64,000 nucleotides of DNA from an uncultured Pseudomonadota bacterium. Its GTDB lineage: Bacteria; Babelota; Babeliae; Babelales; RVW-14. Positions 54,613 through 64,000 of the stretch are shown here, piece after piece; the first letter of the stretch is position 1, and every line of letters begins with the position of its first letter. The notes under the pieces were generated by a model. The model had not been told where the DNA came from. It searched no databases and worked only from the letters and a program-made list of their open reading frames with translations. The translations under genes were made by a program, and so were the position numbers. The stretch covers positions 44,166 through 108,165 of the forward strand of contig CAZMQG010000003.1 of the NCBI GenBank assembly GCA_964568625.1, written 5' to 3'.

Positions 54613-54637
54613 ATAATTACTAATAAGGTTATTTTAT

Positions 54638-55675
54638 ATGAAATTTCTTCCGGCAACGAAACTGTTTAGTTTCTTTTCTAATGATATGGCGATTGATCTT
54701 GGAACTGCAAACACCGTAATTTACGTTAAAAATCGCGGTGTTGTTCTCAATCAACCATCTGTAGTAGCTGTAAAATCTACCTCAAATGAGGTTTTAGCTG
54801 CAGGCGATAAAGCAAAGTGTATGTTAGGTAAAACGCCTGAAAGTATCACTGCAAGCCGTCCAATGAAAGATGGCGTTATCGCTAATTTTGAACTTACAGA
54901 AAGCATGCTGCGTTATTTTATTAGCGAAGTTCACAATAATCGTCGCACACTAGTAAGACCACGCATGATTATCGGTGTTCCGTCTGGAATTACACAAGTT
55001 GAAAAACGTGCTGTTGAAGACTCTGCAAAACAAGCCGGTGCTCGTGAGGTTTTTACAATTATGGAGCCAATGGCAGCAGCAATTGGTTCTGGCCTTCCTG
55101 TAAATGAACCAACAGGAAACATGATCGTTGATATAGGTGGTGGCACAACTGAAGTTGCCATTATCTCATTAAAAGATATTGTTTACTGTAAATCGGTAAG
55201 AGTTGGCGGCGACGAAATGGATCAAGCAATTGTCCAGTACGTTAAGAAAAAGTATAATCTGTTGATTGGCGAAAAAACAGCCGAAGACATTAAAATGAAA
55301 ATCGGAACAGCCATGTTAACAGATGAAGTAAAACAAGTTGAAATCAAAGGTCGTGATCTTGTAACTGGAGTACCAAAAACCGCAAGACTTACATCTTTGG
55401 AAACATTTGAAGCATTGACAGAACCAATTTCTATCATTGTTGATGCCGTAAGATCTGCTCTTGAAAATACACCTCCTGAACTTTCATCTGATCTGGTAGA
55501 TCGTGGAATTATGCTTTCAGGTGGCGGTTCACAACTTAAAAATCTTGCAGAGCTGCTTTCAAAAGAAACCGGTCTGCCTGTTAAAGTTGCACAAGATCCA
55601 CTTTTATGCGTAGTTCTTGGCGCTGGACAAGTACTGGAAGAATTGGACAATTTTAGAGAAGCTTTAATGCGATAA
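54638..55675 (+). CDS. mreB: Rod shape-determining protein MreB
   Basis: MreB blocks: DMAIDLGTANT.IYV, RPMKDGVIA.FE, VPSG.T.VE.RA, IVDIGGGTTEVA.IS, GGDE.D.AI, GI.L.GGG..L..L. Confidence 0.95.
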   Translation: MKFLPATKLFSFFSNDMAIDLGTANTVIYVKNRGVVLNQPSVVAVKSTSNEVLAAGDKAKCMLGKTPESITASRPMKDGVIANFELTESMLRYFISEVHNNRRTLVRPRMIIGVPSGITQVEKRAVEDSAKQAGAREVFTIMEPMAAAIGSGLPVNEPTGNMIVDIGGGTTEVAIISLKDIVYCKSVRVGGDEMDQAIVQYVKKKYNLLIGEKTAEDIKMKIGTAMLTDEVKQVEIKGRDLVTGVPKTARLTSLETFEALTEPISIIVDAVRSALENTPPELSSDLVDRGIMLSGGGSQLKNLAELLSKETGLPVKVAQDPLLCVVLGAGQVLEELDNFREALMR

Positions 55676-55709
55676 ATTTCCAATAACTTGCACTTTTATA
55701 ATTTTTTTT

Positions 55710-55747
55710 AATAAGCTCGTCTGTAATAGACGAGCTTATTTTTTTTG
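55710..55747 (+). terminator. Rho-independent terminator after mreB
   Basis: 13-bp perfect stem: AATAAGCTCGTCT (55710-55722) pairs with AGACGAGCTTATT (55728-55740), with loop GTAAT. A T8 run follows. Confidence 0.85.
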
Positions 55748-55783
55748 AATTATTTTTTGTTTTTGTCTAGGAAATGAATATTT

Positions 55784-56728
55784 ATGAAAAAATTTATAAA
55801 ACTTATTTTATTCCTAACTTTTATAACATCAACACAAGTTTACCCTATGCAGGATACCAAACCAAAACTGGTAGAATTGAAAAAATCGCTTAGAGATTTG
55901 AAAATTAAGCTAACAACTTTAAGTGAAGAGCTTGACGACCTTCGTGTCCGGCTTGAATTTGAACAACTTGCATCACAAATGGCCCCTGCAACAAAGAACA
56001 CATTCATGCATACTCTTAACAATATAAACGGTAATGCAAAACTTCATAAGATATTAACAATGGAAAAAGATGGGCTTACGATAATTACACAACTTGCCCA
56101 AAATATATTTACAAGTATTCAGGAAAAGAATGATGCCGATACGGATGCTTACACAGAAATGTCTGTTAATATCTTTAAGAAAATTAATAAAATTAATAAC
56201 AATCAAATTCTAACAAAATTAATGACTGAATCAAAAGATAATAACATCAACCCTTTTTGTTTAATCGCAACTGGATTTGCTCAATACCAAAACATTGAAG
56301 AAGATCTATCTACTGAACAAATTAAATCCATAAATGAAAATGCAACACTTTTCGCACAATTGATTGGTAAAATAGACAAGGACTCACTTGCAAATGTTTT
56401 AGTTAAACCATTAACTATTAAAGACCAAAATTTAATACCACTCAAAATACTCCTGGCTCCCGCCATTTCAACAGAAAAATTAGTTGTTGCTTTCCAAATA
56501 ATTTTGGGGGAAATATTAAATAAAACAGAAAATTTCACAAAAACTCAACGCATTGCTATTGCAAATATTAAAATCAGTAGGGAAGAGTTACAGCACCTTG
56601 GTATCCAAGGTATCGCGAATGAAATAACATTGAACCAGTTTATAAATAGTTTTACCCCAGATGTTACATTTCCTCCAGAATCGCAAAAAATGATTGCCAA
56701 ATTCAAGGAAATTTTGAATAAAAAATAA
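55784..56728 (+). CDS. Hypothetical secreted protein with N-terminal coiled coil
   Basis: Signal peptide MKKFIKLILFLTFITSTQVYP. The heptad segment is KPKLVELKKSLRDLKIKLTTLSEELDDLRVRLE. I recognise no family. Confidence 0.7.
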   Translation: MKKFIKLILFLTFITSTQVYPMQDTKPKLVELKKSLRDLKIKLTTLSEELDDLRVRLEFEQLASQMAPATKNTFMHTLNNINGNAKLHKILTMEKDGLTIITQLAQNIFTSIQEKNDADTDAYTEMSVNIFKKINKINNNQILTKLMTESKDNNINPFCLIATGFAQYQNIEEDLSTEQIKSINENATLFAQLIGKIDKDSLANVLVKPLTIKDQNLIPLKILLAPAISTEKLVVAFQIILGEILNKTENFTKTQRIAIANIKISREELQHLGIQGIANEITLNQFINSFTPDVTFPPESQKMIAKFKEILNKK

Positions 56729-56743
56729 ACCAAACTTAGCAAT

Positions 56744-56977
56744 TTATTTGCTACCATCAATACCAAATTTTTCGATCTTGCGATAAAGCTTGCTTCTGCT
56801 AATACCAAGAATTTGAGCTGCACGAAAATAGTTATTTTTAGTTTCTTGCAAAGTTATCTCTATAATGATTCGTTCAACTTCATGAACGACCAAAGGATAA
56901 ACATTTCCTTTTTCATTTCGCCCTAAACTACTTATCATTTTTTGAACATCACGTTTTAAAATATCAGACAACGACAT
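56744..56977 (-). CDS. Fis-family small DNA-binding protein (HTH_8)
   Basis: 77 aa. The C-terminal HTH NNYFRAAQILGISRSKLYRKIEKFGI is typical of Fis/NtrC-type HTH domains. Confidence 0.75.
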   Translation of the reverse strand: MSLSDILKRDVQKMISSLGRNEKGNVYPLVVHEVERIIIEITLQETKNNYFRAAQILGISRSKLYRKIEKFGIDGSK

Positions 56978-56980
56978 TTT

Positions 56981-57958
56981 TTAAATCCCACGGCTCAAAT
57001 TTTTATTGAAATAATTTAAATAAAAAAGATCTAGCGAGTAAAATGTTGAACCTTTTTTTATTGCAAAATCAATTTTATATAAATTTTCATACAAACAAAG
57101 TAAATCAGCCAATTTAAAATTTTTAAAATCTTTATTGATAAATGAAAAAGGCAATCCATAACTTATCTGTTTAGCCTTAACAAAACTATTTTGATTTAAA
57201 AACAAAATAACATTGTAAGCCTTCCACACCTGTTCGGACCAAAATATTACCCAGAAAACTTCTGGATACGATGATTCTATCTTTTTCCAAATATTAAAAA
57301 AATCTTTTGTATTTTTTGTCCAGAAAGCATTTGATAATTGACTTAAAACAGGTTGTGACCCAAAAATATTAGCGATATACGCAAATGAGTCATCTAATGC
57401 ATTTATGCTAATTAGTTCAAAATAATTTATTAGCATACAGACTGAATCGATATCAATATCATTTTTACCATTAAAAATTTTGCCTAGCATGGCAATTTTT
57501 TTGTCTGGCATTTTTGGACTAAAAAGAGTTATTACTTTCTTAGCATCTTCAATATCAATATTTGAATCAATCTCGATTTGAACAGCATTTGTTGAACATT
57601 TAAAATTCTTAAAATCATTTGGAATAAAAAATGAAATTGTATGCAACCCGTCATAATTAGAAATATAATTCAAAAGTTTTGTATTTTTTGCATGTTCAGA
57701 TAAATTTCCCAACCAATAAAAATTATAATTTCCTAGAATACTCTGTTCTAAATACGAATGATAATCATTTTTTAAATTTTCAGCGAACAGGTTTTTCTTA
57801 GAATATGGCAGCTTCTGATCTCGTTCTAAAAACTCAAATAATTCACTAAAAAAAACTGAACAAAAATCCGAACCCTTAAAACAAAAAATTTTTGACGATT
57901 TCCAAAAATCTTCTCCCTGAGCATTTTGTAAAAAATTTTTAAAGCTCATCACTGTCAT
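56981..57958 (-). CDS. holA: Probable DNA polymerase III delta subunit
   Basis: The size (325 aa) and helical C-terminal half are loosely colinear with HolA. An ATGA overlap links it to an LptE-like lipoprotein gene, matching the lptE-holA synteny known from proteobacteria. Sequence similarity is weak by eye. Confidence 0.45.
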   Translation of the reverse strand: MTVMSFKNFLQNAQGEDFWKSSKIFCFKGSDFCSVFFSELFEFLERDQKLPYSKKNLFAENLKNDYHSYLEQSILGNYNFYWLGNLSEHAKNTKLLNYISNYDGLHTISFFIPNDFKNFKCSTNAVQIEIDSNIDIEDAKKVITLFSPKMPDKKIAMLGKIFNGKNDIDIDSVCMLINYFELISINALDDSFAYIANIFGSQPVLSQLSNAFWTKNTKDFFNIWKKIESSYPEVFWVIFWSEQVWKAYNVILFLNQNSFVKAKQISYGLPFSFINKDFKNFKLADLLCLYENLYKIDFAIKKGSTFYSLDLFYLNYFNKNLSRGI

Positions 57959-58518
57959 TTTTCTACCAAATATGATCTAAAATATTGCTCGATTTTAGGA
58001 ATGGCTTTTCTTAGTAATTTTCTATATTCAAAATCCAAAAAATCGCTACTTGTTTCAGGAATCTTTGGCTTCGAGATTAAGTGGTAGAAATAAAATAACT
58101 TAGAAGCAACAACAGATTGATTAAAATTGAGCAACTGACACTCCAATTCTAATTTTATTGTTGAGTGAAATAGCAAAATATCAGGTGAAACATACTTTTG
58201 TACAGGATCAAGACTTTTGATCGTAATTTTTAAAGAATATGCATCTCTCCGATTACAAGAAATTTTATATCCAACCAATTCAAAATATTCAACAACGGAA
58301 TCATATACAAGCGGCGCAATATTTTCATAAACCTGGTTACTAGTTGGCATTTGAACAAAGATAGGAACTGTTTGTTTTTTTATAGAAAAACTTCGGCATG
58401 TTGCATGCTTAAAAACACATCCCGGCAAAAATAAAATAGAATATGCTACAACTATTAACATTACACGTGATAAAAAAACTTTGAGCGCCTTATGTACAAA
58501 AATATAAAATTGATTCAC
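57955..58518 (-). CDS. lptE: Probable LPS-assembly lipoprotein LptE-like
   Basis: It has a lipobox (ILFLPGC), is ~187 aa and lies immediately upstream of the putative holA. The call rests on context and architecture only. Confidence 0.4.
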   Translation of the reverse strand: MNQFYIFVHKALKVFLSRVMLIVVAYSILFLPGCVFKHATCRSFSIKKQTVPIFVQMPTSNQVYENIAPLVYDSVVEYFELVGYKISCNRRDAYSLKITIKSLDPVQKYVSPDILLFHSTIKLELECQLLNFNQSVVASKLFYFYHLISKPKIPETSSDFLDFEYRKLLRKAIPKIEQYFRSYLVEK

Positions 58519-58537
58519 TTGGCACTCCGTAAAAAAT

Positions 58538-59410
58538 TTAAGATTTTTTTATTCTGTTGGATAAACTAAATATACCAGGAGCTTGCTCTCTATGAATTGA
58601 CTCTCGTTTTGAATCAACTTGTTTATTATGCTTTTCTTGATACCTATTTTCAGTAAATTGATTTACTCGCGATAAAATTTTACACGGAGGAACAACTTGA
58701 GAACAGACATTAAAAATTTCCTCAACAGACTTTAATGCCAAGTTTTTTAACTCTTCAAATTGCGTCCATAATATAGGATTTTTCTCTGAAGTTCCTTGAA
58801 TTTCAACTAATTTACCGCTATGTGAAATGACAAAATTAAAGTCTGCCTCAGCATCTTTATCTTCAAGATAATTCAAATCTGTTACAAGTTGACCATCAAC
58901 AACACCAACTGAAATTGCAGCTATTAATTCGTTTACTATATTTCCATCAATCAATCCTGCCTGCATCCAACGCTGAACCGCCAAATTTAAGACTAAACTA
59001 GACGCGGTAATTGCAGCAACCCTCGTCCCTCCATCAGCCTGCAACACATCACAATCGATGAGAATACTTCGTTCACCAAGCATATTCATATTTATACAAG
59101 ATCGTAAACATCTTCCAATCAATCGCGAAATTTCAACACTTCGCGCATTACGTTGTGCTAAATTAGACTCCCGAATCGTACGCTGCTGTGTTGCACATGG
59201 AAGCATTGAATATTCTGCTGAAATCCAACCCGTCCTTTGACCTTTCAAAAAATTAGGCACAGACTGTTGTAAACTTACTGATACAAGAACTTTAGTTTGT
59301 CCCAACTCAAACAATAATGATGCATCGGCATAGCCATATGCATCATATTGTAATTTTATAGGCCTAATTTGGGCCACGCTGCGACCATCACACCTTGATA
59401 AAGTATTCAT
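58538..59410 (-). CDS. rph: Ribonuclease PH (with ~50-aa basic C-terminal extension)
   Basis: RNase PH blocks: R.DGR...Q.RPI, GSLLFE.G.TKVL, ERS..IDCDVLQADGGTR.A.IT.. Confidence 0.9.
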   Translation of the reverse strand: MNTLSRCDGRSVAQIRPIKLQYDAYGYADASLLFELGQTKVLVSVSLQQSVPNFLKGQRTGWISAEYSMLPCATQQRTIRESNLAQRNARSVEISRLIGRCLRSCINMNMLGERSILIDCDVLQADGGTRVAAITASSLVLNLAVQRWMQAGLIDGNIVNELIAAISVGVVDGQLVTDLNYLEDKDAEADFNFVISHSGKLVEIQGTSEKNPILWTQFEELKNLALKSVEEIFNVCSQVVPPCKILSRVNQFTENRYQEKHNKQVDSKRESIHREQAPGIFSLSNRIKKS

Positions 59411-59431
59411 AATCTACTTTAATTAATTGAC

Positions 59432-61525
59432 TTAATCTTTTTCGAGAGTTGGAGCAACAAGCCTAATTCGATCTGTTTCTCGATCATATGCAGTAACAGT
59501 TACTTTAAGAGTATCATTAACTCTGCAAATTCTGTCTATGTCCCTCTGCTTTGATCTAGAAATTGTTGAAACGTGCACCAATCCTTCTTTTCCTGGAACA
59601 AGTTCAACAAATAATCCAAAATCTGCTATACGTTTGATAATTCCTTCAAATGAAGATCCTATTTGTATATCTCCAGCAATTATTTTAACCCAGCCCTCTG
59701 CATGCGAGGCAGCTGCACTATCCTTGGAATATATTTTAACAATTCCATCATCTGAAATATCAACTTGTGTGCCGGTCTTTGCAACAATTTCTTTAATGAT
59801 TTTTCCGGCAGGTCCAATAATCGCACCAATCTTATCTGTTGGAACCTTAAAAGAAACAACACGCGGTGCAAGCTCTGAAAGTTTTTTACGAGGTTCTGTT
59901 AAAGTTTTATGCATTTCATTCAAAAGAAATAACCTAGCAACACGAGCTTTTTCAAGCGCAGTTTCAAATACTTGACGTTGAAGCCCTACTTTATCCTTGA
60001 TATCAAGCTGAAATGCCATAATTCCGCGAGATGTTCCTGTAACCTTGAAATCCATCGCACCGAAGCCATCCTCTTTGCCTGTTATATCTGTTAAAACATG
60101 AAAATTGCCCGATGAATCTCGTAAGGCACCCATTGCAATACCTGCAACAGAATCTTTAATTGGCACACCTGCATCCATTAATGCCAAACATGTTGAGCAA
60201 ACAGTAGCCATTGATGACGAACCATTAGACTCCAATACATCAACAACCGAACGAATTGTGTATGGAAATTCTTCTTGTGACGGTAATACATTCATAAACG
60301 AAGTTTCAGCCAAATAACCATGTCCGATTTCACGTCTTCCTGCTCCACGAATTGGCTTTACCTCACCGGTTGCAAATGGAGGGAAATTGTAATGTAGCAT
60401 AAACAAACGCTCTTTAACTCCACCCATCAATGTTTCAATTTTTTGCGCATCTTGAGATGTTCCAAGGGTTATACTTGCAAGAGCTTGCGTTTCACCTCTT
60501 TGGAAAACAGAAGATCCATGCGAGCAAGGAATTGAAGATACTTCAGAATAAATTGGACGAATTTGATCAAAATTTCTACCATCAAGACGCGATTGACGCT
60601 TAATAATTTCTTCAGGCATCTCTTCTTTTATTAATGCATCAGTCAAATATAAAATAATAGACTTAAGCTCTGAATCGTCACCAATCTCTTCTTTAAATTT
60701 TTCAACTGTATCTTTGATAAGATTTTCAAAAGCAGAATAACACTCTTGTTTTGTTGGAGCAAATAGTCCATTCAAATAATTTTGAGGAAAAGAATCTTTT
60801 ATCTTTTTCTTCCAACCGACCCAATCCACTTTTGTATCAATTTGATTTTTTGTTTTTCCAACTTCAGCTTGAATCTGTTTTTGCCACTTAATTTGATCTT
60901 TAATCAATTCATGCGCCAAAAATAAAACATCAATCATCTCTGATTCTACAACATTATTACAATGTCCTTCGACCATTGATATTCCAGTTTCGGTACCAGC
61001 TATAATAATATCTGAATCAGATTTAGATGTTTGTTCATAATCTAAATTAAATTTCCATTGACCATCAATTTTACATGCATGAACAGCCCCTACTGGACCA
61101 AAAAAAGGTATATCGGAAATTGTCAAAGCAAGGGAAGCTCCAATAAGCCCCAAAATTGAAACAGGAAACTTGCCATCAGAAGAATATACCGTACAAAGCA
61201 ACTGAACTTCGTTGAAATATGTTTCAGGAAATAATGGACGAATAGGTCTATCAATTATTCGAGATGTAAGAACTTCGTTATCACTTAGCTTACCTTCTCG
61301 CTTAACATATCCTCCAGGAATCTTTCCGACAGCACCAGGACGTTCACGATATTCAACGGTTAAAGGAAAAAATCCCTTAAAACCCTGAGCCTCTTTTGAA
61401 GCCACAGCTGTTGCCAATACAACATTATCACCGACTCTAATCCACACTGAACCATCTGCTTGACGAGCAAGCTTGCCAACCTCTGCTACCAACCCAATCT
61501 CGGGTAAAGTAAAAATCTTATGCAT
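59432..61525 (-). CDS. pnp: Polyribonucleotide nucleotidyltransferase (PNPase)
   Basis: Two RNase PH-like domains are present (R.DGR..D.IRPI, GSS.F.RGETQAL, MHYNFPPF..GE). KH (IGAIIGPAGK.IKEI) and S1 (G.I.RI.DFG.FVEL.PGKEGLVH.S) domains follow. Confidence 0.95.
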   Translation of the reverse strand: MHKIFTLPEIGLVAEVGKLARQADGSVWIRVGDNVVLATAVASKEAQGFKGFFPLTVEYRERPGAVGKIPGGYVKREGKLSDNEVLTSRIIDRPIRPLFPETYFNEVQLLCTVYSSDGKFPVSILGLIGASLALTISDIPFFGPVGAVHACKIDGQWKFNLDYEQTSKSDSDIIIAGTETGISMVEGHCNNVVESEMIDVLFLAHELIKDQIKWQKQIQAEVGKTKNQIDTKVDWVGWKKKIKDSFPQNYLNGLFAPTKQECYSAFENLIKDTVEKFKEEIGDDSELKSIILYLTDALIKEEMPEEIIKRQSRLDGRNFDQIRPIYSEVSSIPCSHGSSVFQRGETQALASITLGTSQDAQKIETLMGGVKERLFMLHYNFPPFATGEVKPIRGAGRREIGHGYLAETSFMNVLPSQEEFPYTIRSVVDVLESNGSSSMATVCSTCLALMDAGVPIKDSVAGIAMGALRDSSGNFHVLTDITGKEDGFGAMDFKVTGTSRGIMAFQLDIKDKVGLQRQVFETALEKARVARLFLLNEMHKTLTEPRKKLSELAPRVVSFKVPTDKIGAIIGPAGKIIKEIVAKTGTQVDISDDGIVKIYSKDSAAASHAEGWVKIIAGDIQIGSSFEGIIKRIADFGLFVELVPGKEGLVHVSTISRSKQRDIDRICRVNDTLKVTVTAYDRETDRIRLVAPTLEKD

Positions 61526-61576
61526 AAAAACCTCTCTCTAAATCAGTAAACCAAGCTTGCTTTTTCAACAAATTTG

Positions 61577-61837
61577 TTACCCTTTAATCATCTTTGTTAA
61601 ATTCTCATAAGCTGAAAAATCTTTTCTTTTAAGATAATTCAACAAGGTACGACGCTGTCCAACAAGCATTGAAAGGCCTCTTTGAGAATGATAATCTTTT
61701 GGAAAATTCTTAAGATGGGTAGAAATTTGTTCAATTCTTTCTGTCAACAAAGCAATTTGAACATGGCTCGAACCAGTATCATTTGCATGAATTGCGTACT
61801 GCTTTATAATTTTATCTTTTACTTCTTTATTTAACAT
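61577..61837 (-). CDS. rpsO: 30S ribosomal protein S15
   Basis: S15 blocks: DTGS..VQIA.LT.RI..(L/I)..H.K....D.HS.RGL...V.(K/Q)RR.LL.YL. The conserved rpsO-pnp synteny supports the call. Confidence 0.95.
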   Translation of the reverse strand: MLNKEVKDKIIKQYAIHANDTGSSHVQIALLTERIEQISTHLKNFPKDYHSQRGLSMLVGQRRTLLNYLKRKDFSAYENLTKMIKG

Positions 61838-61903
61838 TTACGTTTGACCTCGTTAATTAACTTAAATTAACCTAAACAAAACTTTTTACTTTACTAAAAC
61901 TAA

Positions 61904-61976
61904 TAGGCGCGTGCGGATTCGAACCGCAGACCCTTGCTACGTCAAAGCAATGCTCTACCAACTGAGCTACGCGCCT
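61904..61976 (-). tRNA. tRNA-Val (anticodon GAC)
   Basis: The minus-strand read is AGGCGCGTAGCTCAGTTGGTAGAGCATTGCTTTGACGTAGCAAGGGTCTGCGGTTCGAATCCGCACGCGCCTA. It has a 7-bp acceptor stem, a D-arm GCTC/GAGC, an anticodon stem TTGCT/AGCAA with loop TTGACGT, and a T-arm TGCGG TTCGAAT CCGCA. No CCA is encoded. Confidence 0.9.
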
Positions 61977-61991
61977 GATTGACCACTTTTT

Positions 61992-64000
61992 TTATTTTAA
62001 AGATATCTTATCTAAACCGGCTTCTAGTTGCTCTTCATCTCGAGCCTGTTTTTCAAAATCTGTAACATCTTCACCAATATATTTTTTCTTGAATGTAGAT
62101 ATTCCAGTTCCAGCAGGTATTATCTTACCAATTATAATATTTTCTTTCAAGCCATATAAATAATCAACCTGTCCTGCGAGAGCCGCCTCTGTCAAAACAC
62201 GAGTTGTCTCTTGGAACGAAGCCGCTGAAATAAAGCTCTCTGTTCCAAGCGAAGCCTTTGTAATACCCATTAATATAGGTTTTGCCGTTGCTACTTTTTT
62301 ACCTTCTTTTGCCAAAGCCTTATTTATGGCCTGCAACTGCAACTTATCAACTCGATCGCCAACTACAAAATTTGTATCATTTGGCTCAACAATTCGCACT
62401 TTTCTTAACATTTGACGTACAATTGTCTCAATATGCTTATCATGGATATCCACACCTTGCAACGTGTAAATTTCCTGAACCTCTTTAACGAGATAACTTT
62501 GTACAGCATCTGGTCCAAGAATTTTTAACACATCATGAGCATTTGGAACACCAAATGTTAATGCGTCGCCAGCCTTCACGTGTTCACCATCTTCAACGTT
62601 TAGATGTCTATTTCTAGGAACGTTATATTCAAACACTTCACCTTCATCAGTTGTTACTGTAATTTTGCGTTGACCACGATGAACTCCGCCAAATTTCACA
62701 ACACCATCAACTTCACTTAAAATTGCAGCGTCATGCGGCACTCGCGCTTCAAATAACTCTGTTACACGAGGTAAACCACCGGTAATATCTTTCGTTTTCT
62801 TTTCCTCACGATGAAGTTTGGCCAAAATATCTCCGGGATAAACATCTGCACCATCTTCTATGGTTAAAATTGCTCCAGTAGGAAGATAATATCTTGCAAT
62901 TTCACCATTTTCGTTATCCATTACGGCAACGCATGGTTGACGTCTTTCGTCTCGCTTTTCAAGAATCATTTTATTGGAACGTCCGACGGTTTCATCAAAC
63001 TGCTCTTGATATGTAACATTTTCAATTAAATCAATAAATTGAACACGTCCAGCTCTTTCAGTCATAATAACCTTGAACGGATCCCATTCAGCAAGTTTTT
63101 TACCTTTTTCAACCTTATCACCATCATTTACCAGCAACCACGTTCCATACTCAATTCTGTATTCTTCTAGCTCACGACCATCTTCCGAGATTATGGCTAT
63201 TTTTGATCTACGATTAACTACAACCCAAACGCCATTTCTATTTTTGACGGCATAGATTCCCTTAAAGACAACCTTTCCGGCAAACTTAGATTTGTAAAAG
63301 TTTTCCTCGACAAGACCACTAGCTGTTCCTCCAACGTGGAACGTTCTCATCGTAAGCTGTGTACCAGGTTCACCGATAGATTGTGCAGCAATAATTCCAA
63401 CTGCAGTTCCAACATCCACAAGTTTTTGTGTTGAAAGATCCATTCCATAACAATTGGCACAAACACCACGTTTTGCTTGGCAAGTTAAAACAGATCTTGC
63501 CGCAACCTCTGTTACAGCTGAATCTTTAAGAATCTCAACAACTGCATCATCAATCAAATCACCCTGTTTTGCAATTAACTTACCTGACACGGGATCTTTG
63601 ATATCTTCTGCAGCAACCCTACCAAAAACACGTTTTGTAAGAGGCGCCAATACCTCACCTGATTCTCTCAATTCGCTTAAACTTAAATATCCAAGAGTCT
63701 GACAATCATGTTGTGATATAACAACATCCTGTGAAACGTCTACAAGTCTACGTGTTAAATACCCAGAATCAGCCGTTTTTAATGCAGTATCTGCCAATCC
63801 TTTACGTGCACCGTGAGTTGAAATAAAGTATTCAAAAACATTCAACCCTTCTTTAAAGTTTGCAAGAACTGGAGTTTCCATAATTTCACCAGATGGAGTT
63901 GCCATTAAACCTCTCATAGCAGCCAACTGACGAATTTGCTGTCTGGAACCACGAGCTCCTGAATCAAGCATCATAAATACTGGATTAAATGGAATATTAC
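61992..64000 (-). CDS. rpoC: DNA-directed RNA polymerase subunit beta' (C-terminal part; 5' end outside window)
   Basis: RpoC blocks: SGARGS..Q.RQLAGMRGLMA-like, [43 protein letters not shown]. The reading frame stays open to the window edge. Confidence 0.95.
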   Translation of the reverse strand, partial: NIPFNPVFMMLDSGARGSRQQIRQLAAMRGLMATPSGEIMETPVLANFKEGLNVFEYFISTHGARKGLADTALKTADSGYLTRRLVDVSQDVVISQHDCQTLGYLSLSELRESGEVLAPLTKRVFGRVAAEDIKDPVSGKLIAKQGDLIDDAVVEILKDSAVTEVAARSVLTCQAKRGVCANCYGMDLSTQKLVDVGTAVGIIAAQSIGEPGTQLTMRTFHVGGTASGLVEENFYKSKFAGKVVFKGIYAVKNRNGVWVVVNRRSKIAIISEDGRELEEYRIEYGTWLLVNDGDKVEKGKKLAEWDPFKVIMTERAGRVQFIDLIENVTYQEQFDETVGRSNKMILEKRDERRQPCVAVMDNENGEIARYYLPTGAILTIEDGADVYPGDILAKLHREEKKTKDITGGLPRVTELFEARVPHDAAILSEVDGVVKFGGVHRGQRKITVTTDEGEVFEYNVPRNRHLNVEDGEHVKAGDALTFGVPNAHDVLKILGPDAVQSYLVKEVQEIYTLQGVDIHDKHIETIVRQMLRKVRIVEPNDTNFVVGDRVDKLQLQAINKALAKEGKKVATAKPILMGITKASLGTESFISAASFQETTRVLTEAALAGQVDYLYGLKENIIIGKIIPAGTGISTFKKKYIGEDVTDFEKQARDEEQLEAGLDKISLK

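Noticed and set aside
54931-55683. Antisense ORFs of 76 aa and 153 aa inside mreB.
   Set aside because: They overlap a strongly conserved, unmistakable mreB frame. Their products are low-complexity S/T/P-rich with no start context.
59538-60317. Antisense ORFs (145, 63 and 70 aa) inside pnp.
   Set aside because: They lie fully within the conserved PNPase frame and are probably chance open frames.
61838-61991. tRNA-Val, considered as an integration hotspot or genomic-island boundary.
   Set aside because: There is no integrase, no direct repeat of the tRNA 3' end and no compositional break. The flanking genes (rpoC, rpsO) are core.

Overview
The window is AT-rich (by eye) and gene-dense. I call about 60 protein-coding genes, one tRNA and several clear intrinsic terminators. 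I see no rRNA, CRISPR array, transposase or integrase.

Housekeeping backbone: tyrS, topA, sufC, glyA, kdsA, nusB, efp, tpiA, secG, mlaE and mlaF, mreB, rph, pnp, rpsO, tRNA-Val(GAC) and the 3' part of rpoC. kdsA, an MsbA-like exporter, Mla, an LptE-like lipoprotein and secretins together indicate a diderm envelope.

Many signal-peptide proteins of eukaryote-like type sit between these genes (three WD40 propellers, TPR/TMTC-like proteins, an ATAD3-like AAA+ ATPase), along with orphan secreted paralogs. My guess is a reduced, protist- or host-associated lineage such as Dependentiae/TM6. That is an inference and has not been verified.

The loci I consider most worth a second look:
1. 36.5-47.0 kb: a tightly coupled minus-strand operon of moxR, gspC-like, secretin, GspL/PilMN-like, GspM/PilO-like and a second paralogous secretin. 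There is no ATPase, platform or pseudopilin gene anywhere in the window.
2. 25.9-28.7 kb: a full-length ATAD3-like (mitochondrial-type) AAA+ ATPase with a signal peptide, translationally coupled to an unknown membrane protein.
3. 17.7-25.7 kb: a batABCDE aerotolerance-type operon that lacks its usual MoxR/DUF58 partners and is fused to plsC and two unknown membrane paralogs.
4. 16.2-17.7 kb and 29.0-29.4 kb: a four-member glycine-zipper protein family, three of them lipobox lipoproteins, with unusual C-terminal modules.
5. 48.9-50.2 kb: a degenerate NtrC-like regulator lacking the GAFTGA loop and the Walker B acidic pair.
6. 8.9-10.4 kb: tandem secreted paralogs sharing a C-terminal RTKSQP end.

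All functional calls rest on motif recognition in the supplied translations. No database search was possible.
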